DNA from: Armatimonadia bacterium
Lineage (GTDB): Bacteria; Armatimonadota; Zipacnadia; Zipacnadales; UBA11051
NCBI GenBank assembly: GCA_039683575.1
Contig: JBDKRC010000307.1
Location: forward strand, 1 to 11,417
Direction of reading: 5' to 3'
Length of the DNA: 11,417 nucleotides
In this document: one piece after another, positions 5,864 through 11,417 of the stretch
Layout: each line of letters starts with the position of its first letter
Position numbering within the stretch: position 1 is the stretch's first letter
Notes under the pieces: generated by a model
Databases searched by the model: none
What the model saw: the letters and a program-made list of their open reading frames with translations, nothing else
What the model was told of the DNA's origin: nothing
Program-made: the position numbers and the translations under genes

Positions 5864-7947
5864 GGTTGGCTGCCTGCCTTCTTCTTAGCCTCCATCGCCT
5901 TCGCCCGCTCCTCAAGCGCATCGAAACGCGACCGCGTCTGCAGCACCGTCCGTATCTGCCCGCCGCTGCCGATCGCCAGCAGTCTGTTGCCCTGGCTGAA
6001 AATGACTTCCCCCGCCGGGGTCCAGCCGAGCAACTCCTCGGACCCCATGCCGAAGCTGCTTCCCTCAGGCACCGCGACTTTCGTTGTCTTGCCGTCGAGG
6101 CCCAGTATGTACACCGCACTGGCTTCCCTCTGCCCAAACGCCTCCGCGTAGAACGCCACCCGCTTCTCATCCTGCGACCATTTCATCTCCATCGGCCTGA
6201 ACATGTCCGGAAGCTCCAGGAACATGCTGCGGACGATCTTGCCAGTTCGCATGTCCAGTACCGCGAACTCCTGCTTCACCTTCCGGCGCGGGTCCATGCC
6301 AAACTCGTCGCTGCGGTCCGCCTTCCGCATCAGGAAGCAGTACCGCTCGGAGTCCGACATGCTCGCGTTGTATGACCCCCACCCTGGCAGGTCAAAGTAC
6401 CGGGTGCCATCGATGCGCCGGAACCTCGTCACGAGAACCTGCCGGTACGTATTCGTCATGTACGTGTAGGTCCGCTTCACCGTCTTGCCGTCCGGCGTGC
6501 GCACCGGGTACGTCCGCTGCACCGGCCGGTACTGGCTCTTCGGCAGCGGCACCGAGTAACTGCGGTCCTGTATCATCCAACTCCCCCACGGACTGAAGAA
6601 GTTGACATTCAGGTTGGGCAGCCCCGGAATTGTCAACGGCTTCGTCTCCGCCGACGGCACTGCGATCCGCTTCAGTGCCCGGCGGTGGTCTGCGCCCGAT
6701 TCGCTCACAAAGATCGCGCTGTCATCCGGCAGCCACGTCAGGAACCATGGCTCATAGTTGGGCACCGCGACCTTCCCCAGCCGCTGCCAGGTGTTCGTAT
6801 CCACAAACTCCCCGCCGAGCCACAAATACTTCCCCTGCGGCGAAAGCAGCTCCGCCGTGCCGTTCACTCGCGGCACCACAAACAGCTTCGTCGCCTCCGG
6901 CTTCTCCACCCCGGTGTCGAGATACCACCACTGGAAGTCGTTGGTCGACTGGAACGAGCGCCTTCGTCCCCGCCGCCCGTTGGGGCTCTTGACCTCGGCC
7001 ATCACCACGCTCCCAAACACCAGCCGCCGGCTGTCCTTGAGCCAGATGATCTTATCCGCCTGCTCAGTAGTAAGCCGCCGCAGCCCCGTCCCATCCGTGT
7101 TGATCAGCCATAGCCCCTTCCCAAAGCTCTCGCTGAACACCACCTGCTTCCCATCCGGGCTAAGCTCGCTGTGCGAGATGCCCTGCGGCTTCGGCTCCAC
7201 CCGCAATACGGTCGCCGCCCACACCATCAGCATCACCAGCAGCGCGGGGATGATGATCGCGGCGGCAGTACCAAGCGACCGCCGGGCCCTGCGCCCGACT
7301 TCGAGCACGGGAGTAGTCAGAAACCCGCGCAGGGAGCCGGTGATGAGGGCGATGATGATGATGCCGGATGCAGCATACGAGAGGTAAGGAGATGGCAGAT
7401 GAGGTTGGTTACGCATCGCCATTGCCGTGTAGATGTACAATGGCATTGCGGCGAGAACGGAGAAGACGAGAGAGAGAACGAGGCTCAGCCCAAAGGCGCC
7501 CGCAGCGGTACGCGTCAGCCCCGACGCAAAGAAGGCAACGACGAAGAAGAAACTGAGGCTGCCGATAGGCCAGACGGTCTTGAGCGTGTAGCCGAGGTCC
7601 ACCACCGGCGTGTGGTGTTGCGCCAGCCACACCAGCATGTACATGGCCGCGATGCCCACCACCAGCGTAATCACCAGGTTCATCACAAACCGCAGCATCC
7701 ACCACTGCAGCCGCGACACCGGCCACAGGTAGTGCCACTCCTGCCGCTGCTGCAGCCGGTCCGCCGAAATCGTGTCAGCCCCCAGGTACAGCGCCAGCAA
7801 AAGCCCTGCCCACATGTACAGAAAGATGAGCCCTTGCGACCAATACCCCTGCAAGTGCAGGATGTACGTCACCGCCCCCAGCACCCCCAAAAGGCCCACC
7901 GGCAGCCACCAGATCTCCCGCAGTTCCTTCGCGATCAGCGCTCTCAT
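5860..7947 (-). CDS. ABC-2-like permease fused to a TolB-like beta-propeller (paralog 2)
   Basis: 695 aa. MRALIAKELREIW, multiple TM helices, then LSPDGKQVVFS..LWLINTDGTGLRRLT, LSPQGKY, WLPDDS and WSQDEKRVAF. ATGA overlap with the upstream gene at 7944-7947. Confidence 0.88.
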   Translation of the reverse strand: MRALIAKELREIWWLPVGLLGVLGAVTYILHLQGYWSQGLIFLYMWAGLLLALYLGADTISADRLQQRQEWHYLWPVSRLQWWMLRFVMNLVITLVVGIAAMYMLVWLAQHHTPVVDLGYTLKTVWPIGSLSFFFVVAFFASGLTRTAAGAFGLSLVLSLVFSVLAAMPLYIYTAMAMRNQPHLPSPYLSYAASGIIIIALITGSLRGFLTTPVLEVGRRARRSLGTAAAIIIPALLVMLMVWAATVLRVEPKPQGISHSELSPDGKQVVFSESFGKGLWLINTDGTGLRRLTTEQADKIIWLKDSRRLVFGSVVMAEVKSPNGRRGRRRSFQSTNDFQWWYLDTGVEKPEATKLFVVPRVNGTAELLSPQGKYLWLGGEFVDTNTWQRLGKVAVPNYEPWFLTWLPDDSAIFVSESGADHRRALKRIAVPSAETKPLTIPGLPNLNVNFFSPWGSWMIQDRSYSVPLPKSQYRPVQRTYPVRTPDGKTVKRTYTYMTNTYRQVLVTRFRRIDGTRYFDLPGWGSYNASMSDSERYCFLMRKADRSDEFGMDPRRKVKQEFAVLDMRTGKIVRSMFLELPDMFRPMEMKWSQDEKRVAFYAEAFGQREASAVYILGLDGKTTKVAVPEGSSFGMGSEELLGWTPAGEVIFSQGNRLLAIGSGGQIRTVLQTRSRFDALEERAKAMEAKKKAGSQP

Positions 7948-10031
7948 GGCTGCTTCCCTGCCTTCCTCCTCGCCTCCTGTGCTTTGGCCAGCTCCTCCAG
8001 CTTGTCAAAGCGCGTCGGCGCCTCCAGCAAAGTCCGCGTCTGGCCGTTCGGGCTGACGGCCACCAGCCGGTTGCCCCGCCTCACTATCACCTCTCCCGCA
8101 GCGCTCCACCCCAGCAGCTCGTCTTCCGTCGTGACATACGCGTCGGTCTTTGGCAGCTCAGCCACCTTGTGCTCGCCGTCCAGGGTCAGGAAGTGGACAG
8201 TCTCCCGCGAGTACAGCGCCACCTGCTTCTCATCCCGCGACCACTTCAGGTCTGACGGGTCACGGTATGGGAACTTCACCTTCATGGTGCGGACTATCTT
8301 CCCTGTCCGCATGTCCAGAAGCCCGAATACGAGCTCTCCGTTCCTGAAGGGGTCATGGTCGAGCTCGTAGTCCTCCGTGGGGCTCCGGATCAGTAAACAG
8401 TACTGCTCTGAGTCCGACATGTTGGCGCTGAATGATCCCCAACCTGGCACGTCGAACTGCCTGCTGCCGTCTATCCGCCGGAACCTCGTCACGTAGACCG
8501 GCTGGCACGTGTTCGTCGTGTACCTGTAAGGTCGGTTCACCGTCTTGCCGTCCGGCGTGCGCACCGGGTATGTCCGCTGAACCACCTGGAGCTGGCTCTT
8601 CGGCAGCGGCACCGTGTAGCTCCGGTCCTGGATCATCCAGTTACCCCAGGGCTTGAAGAAGCTGACATCGGGCTTGGGCAAGCCCGCGATCCCCAGTGGC
8701 TTCGCCTCTCCCGATGGTACCTCAATTCGCTTCGGCGCCTGGTCCTCAGGTTCGCGGTTGTTCTTCACGAGGATCGCGCTGTCATCCGTGAGCCACGTCA
8801 GAAACGACGGCCAGTAATACGGTGCCGCGACTTTCCCCACCCGCTGCCACGTGGTCGTATCAACAAACTCCCCGCCCAGCCACAGGTACTTCCCCTGCGG
8901 CGACAGCATCTCGCTGTCGCCTTCAACGCGCGGTAGTACGAAGAGCTTCGTGGGCTCGGGCTTCTCCGCCCCCGTGTCCAGGTACCACCACTGGGTGTAA
9001 TTGGTTGAACGATGCGACCGCACCCTTCCCCACCGCCCGGGGTTCACCGTCTCCTCCATCGCCACGCTCCCAAACGCCAGCCGCCGGCTGTCCTTGAGCC
9101 AGATGATCTTCTCCGCCTGCTCTTTACCAAGCCGCCGCAGCCCCGTCCCATCGGCGCCGATCAGCCACAACCCCGCGCCCTCACTCTCGCTGAACGCAAT
9201 CTGCTTCCCATCGGGGCTCAGCTCGCTCTTCGCTATCCCCTGCGGCTCAGGCTTCGCCGTCAGTATCGCCCGGAGCGGGAGCACGTACGCGATCAGCAGG
9301 CCCGCCACCACGACTGCCAGACACGGGACGACACTCACCCGGGCTGCCTGCCGGGTACGCGTAACCCGCGCGCGCACGTCCAGCACCGGCGCAGTAGTGA
9401 ACGCGCAGTATGATGCGCCTGCCAGACCGGCAACTATGATCAGGAGAAAGAGATATGAAGGCGTAAGCGCGGGCGTGACGGGACCAATCTGCCGCGCCAT
9501 GGTGATGAGCAGTATGTACCATGGGAAAAGTGTAAGGCAGCTACACGCAAAGAAGATGACGATGCCAACTCCGAACGCCCTGGCCGCCGACCGCGTCACC
9601 CCCGAGGCAAAGAACGCAAACGTGAACGGGAACACCAGAGAAGGAAGCAGGCCTGCCAGCGTGTATGTGGTGATCTTCCGCATCTCTTCAGGCGCATAGT
9701 GCTGCGTCAGCCACACCAGCATCGCCGTCGCCGCCGCGCCGACCACCAGCGTGATCACGAGATTCATCCCAAACCGCAGCCACCACCACCGCGCCCGTGA
9801 CACCGGCCACATGTAGTGCCACTCCTCCAGCCCCCGCAGCCGGTCCGCACAGATCGCATCCGCCCCCAGGTACAAGGCCAGCAATACCGTCGCCAGCATG
9901 TAGATCATCACGATCCCGGGCGTCCAGTACGCGCTCACACGCAGCGCGTAGGTCACCGCACCCAGCACCCCCACGAGCCCCACCGGCAGCCACCAGATCT
10001 CCCGCAACTCCTTCCAAATCAGCGCCTTCAT
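7944..10031 (-). CDS. ABC-2-like permease fused to a TolB-like beta-propeller (paralog 1)
   Basis: 695 aa, clearly homologous to 5860-7947 (shared LSPDGKQ, KIIWLKDSRRL, LSPQGKYLWLGGEFVDT, QRTYPVRTPDGKTV). A GGGGGA/GAGG SD-like sequence lies upstream. Confidence 0.88.
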   Translation of the reverse strand: MKALIWKELREIWWLPVGLVGVLGAVTYALRVSAYWTPGIVMIYMLATVLLALYLGADAICADRLRGLEEWHYMWPVSRARWWWLRFGMNLVITLVVGAAATAMLVWLTQHYAPEEMRKITTYTLAGLLPSLVFPFTFAFFASGVTRSAARAFGVGIVIFFACSCLTLFPWYILLITMARQIGPVTPALTPSYLFLLIIVAGLAGASYCAFTTAPVLDVRARVTRTRQAARVSVVPCLAVVVAGLLIAYVLPLRAILTAKPEPQGIAKSELSPDGKQIAFSESEGAGLWLIGADGTGLRRLGKEQAEKIIWLKDSRRLAFGSVAMEETVNPGRWGRVRSHRSTNYTQWWYLDTGAEKPEPTKLFVLPRVEGDSEMLSPQGKYLWLGGEFVDTTTWQRVGKVAAPYYWPSFLTWLTDDSAILVKNNREPEDQAPKRIEVPSGEAKPLGIAGLPKPDVSFFKPWGNWMIQDRSYTVPLPKSQLQVVQRTYPVRTPDGKTVNRPYRYTTNTCQPVYVTRFRRIDGSRQFDVPGWGSFSANMSDSEQYCLLIRSPTEDYELDHDPFRNGELVFGLLDMRTGKIVRTMKVKFPYRDPSDLKWSRDEKQVALYSRETVHFLTLDGEHKVAELPKTDAYVTTEDELLGWSAAGEVIVRRGNRLVAVSPNGQTRTLLEAPTRFDKLEELAKAQEARRKAGKQP

Positions 10032-10043
10032 GCCTCATTCCCC

Positions 10044-10934
10044 CTATGCTGCCTTACCCGTCCGCACAAACGCCACGAAGATGTCCTCCAGCGAGCAGTG
10101 CTCCACTTCCGCGCTCAGCGCCCCCGCATCATGCAGCCGCTGCAGTATCCCGGTGTCATAGTCCCGTACCACCCACACCTGCTGCCGCCCCCCATCCGAA
10201 TGCTGCAGTACCCCCGGCAGTTCCACCTTCGTGGGCTCCGCGAAGGTCGCAATCACCCGCCGCACCGCCCCCTTCAACTCCTCCAGCGGCGCCTGCACCA
10301 CCAGCTTCCCCTCGTGCAAGATCCCGATCACATCCGCTACCCGCTCCACATCCTCGAGGATATGCGACGAGAAGAACACGGTCGTCCCGGTATCACTCAG
10401 CGCCCCGACAATGCTCTCCATGAACTCCCGCCGCACCAGCGCATCCAGACCCATCGTCGGGTCATCCAGTATCAGCAGTCGCGGTCGCGACGCCAGCGCC
10501 GACAACAGCGCCGCCTTCCCCTGCATCCCCCGCGATAGCTGACCCAGCTTCCGCTCCGCCGGCAGCTCCAGCCGCTTGCGCAGCGCCTCCGCATACCCCG
10601 CGTCCCAGTTCGGGTGCACCCCGCGCCCAAAGCCCATCAAGTGCCCCACCGTCATCCACTCGGGCATATGCACCCGCTCGGGCACATACGACACCACCCG
10701 CTTCATCGCCACATCCTCCCGCAGCGGATCGAACCCCATCACGCGCATGGAGCCGATATCCGGCTGCAGCATCCCCATGAGCATCTGGATGGTGGTAGTC
10801 TTCCCGGCCCCATTGCGCCCCAGGTACCCATAGACGCTCCCCCCAGGCACCTGCAGGTTCACATGATCCACCGCAAGCACATTGCCAAACGCCCGCGTCA
10901 ACCCGGTAGTCTCAATAGCCAACTCACTCATCAT
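10044..10934 (-). CDS. ABC-2/DrrA-YtrB-type ATP-binding protein
   Basis: Walker A GRNGAGKTT, signature LSRGMQGK, Walker B LLILDDPTMGLD, SSHIL and C-terminal SLEDIF. Start placed at ATG 10934 behind a GAGGGGAG SD (MMSELAIETTGL). In-frame ATG 11012 is an alternative. The track's 11399 start overlaps gntR and is not credible. Confidence 0.93.
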   Translation of the reverse strand: MMSELAIETTGLTRAFGNVLAVDHVNLQVPGGSVYGYLGRNGAGKTTTIQMLMGMLQPDIGSMRVMGFDPLREDVAMKRVVSYVPERVHMPEWMTVGHLMGFGRGVHPNWDAGYAEALRKRLELPAERKLGQLSRGMQGKAALLSALASRPRLLILDDPTMGLDALVRREFMESIVGALSDTGTTVFFSSHILEDVERVADVIGILHEGKLVVQAPLEELKGAVRRVIATFAEPTKVELPGVLQHSDGGRQQVWVVRDYDTGILQRLHDAGALSAEVEHCSLEDIFVAFVRTGKAA

Positions 10935-10971
10935 CGAACTCTCCCCTCGTAAGTAACCGCTAACGCTGCCT

Positions 10972-10996
10972 GTAGGAGCGGTCACCAGACCGCGAT
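10972..10996 (+). repeat. Single GTAG-type REP
   Basis: GTAGGA-GCGGTC-ACCA-GACCGC-GAT has the GTAG tetranucleotide plus GC hairpin architecture of GTAG-family REPs. Confidence 0.7.
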
Positions 10997-11025
10997 CATC
11001 TACGACCACCATTTGCCTCACCCCC

Positions 11026-11417
11026 CTAATCATCCCCTCCCACCCCCGCCTCCTCAGCCTCCCGCAAAATCTCCCCCGCAACCTCCCGCAACTCCCGCCA
11101 CCCCATCCCCACACTCCGCCCCAGCGCCACCGCCCCGCGCAGCCGCGCCCGCACCAGATCGGCGCTCTGCCGCCCGGCCAGCGCCACGGCCTCCTCAGCC
11201 ACAAACGTCCCGCTCCCCTGCCGCGACGCCAAAAGCCCCTCCGCCTGCAGATCGCGATACACCCGCGCGATTGTACTGGGGTTGATCCGAAGCTGCGCGG
11301 CCAACTCCCGCACCGTAGGAAGCTGATCCCCGACCACCAGCGCCCCGGTAGCAATAGCCAGCCGCATCTGCTCCTTAAGCTGCAGATGAAGCGGCGCACC
11401 AGAGTTGGGGTCGAGAG
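11026..11417 (-). CDS. GntR-family transcriptional regulator, YtrA subfamily (start just beyond window)
   Basis: The frame extends upstream of the track ORF: LDPNSGAPLHLQLKEQMRLAIATG..GDQLPTVRELAAQLRINPSTIARVYRDLQAEGLLASRQGSGTFV. It has a wHTH with a short helical C-terminus and sits directly before an ABC ATPase, as YtrA does. Confidence 0.93.
   Translation of the reverse strand, partial: LDPNSGAPLHLQLKEQMRLAIATGALVVGDQLPTVRELAAQLRINPSTIARVYRDLQAEGLLASRQGSGTFVAEEAVALAGRQSADLVRARLRGAVALGRSVGMGWRELREVAGEILREAEEAGVGGDD

Noticed and set aside
5860-10031. DGR template/variable repeat or CRISPR explanation for the repeated DNA tracts
   Set aside because: The repeats are whole-gene paralogy. There is no reverse transcriptase, no evident adenine-specific mismatch pattern and no repeat-spacer periodicity.
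11021-11125. G-run-rich minus-strand tract (possible G-quadruplex)
   Set aside because: It is explained by Gly/Arg/Glu/Val codons in gntR and the G-rich coding-strand bias seen across the operon.
11013-11399. Long N-terminal extension of the ATPase in the 451-aa track ORF
   Set aside because: It overlaps the GntR gene in another frame and gives a Trp/Arg/Gly-rich shadow translation.

Overview
GC-rich bacterial window with every credible gene on the minus strand. In transcription order (right to left): a YtrA-like GntR regulator (start beyond the window), an ABC-2/YtrB-type ATPase, and three tandem paralogous membrane proteins. Each paralog fuses an ABC-2-like permease N-terminus to a TolB-like beta-propeller; two are 695-aa duplicates with patchy divergence. 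Next come a near-consensus sigma70 promoter, a ~144-nt structured non-coding segment and an intrinsic terminator (unrecognised riboswitch-like leader or sRNA). These precede a MacB/FtsX(LolCE)-family permease, a LolD-like ATPase and apolipoprotein N-acyltransferase (lnt; runs off the window edge and is missing from the ORF track). The window is rich in different REP-like palindromes. One perfect 29-bp inverted REP doublet lies in-frame inside lnt and adds about 25 residues. A second REP may be translated as an N-terminal extension of the YtrB-like ATPase. The in-frame REP doublet and the orphan structured RNA are the strongest leads. Family assignments come from motif recognition by eye, not database searches.
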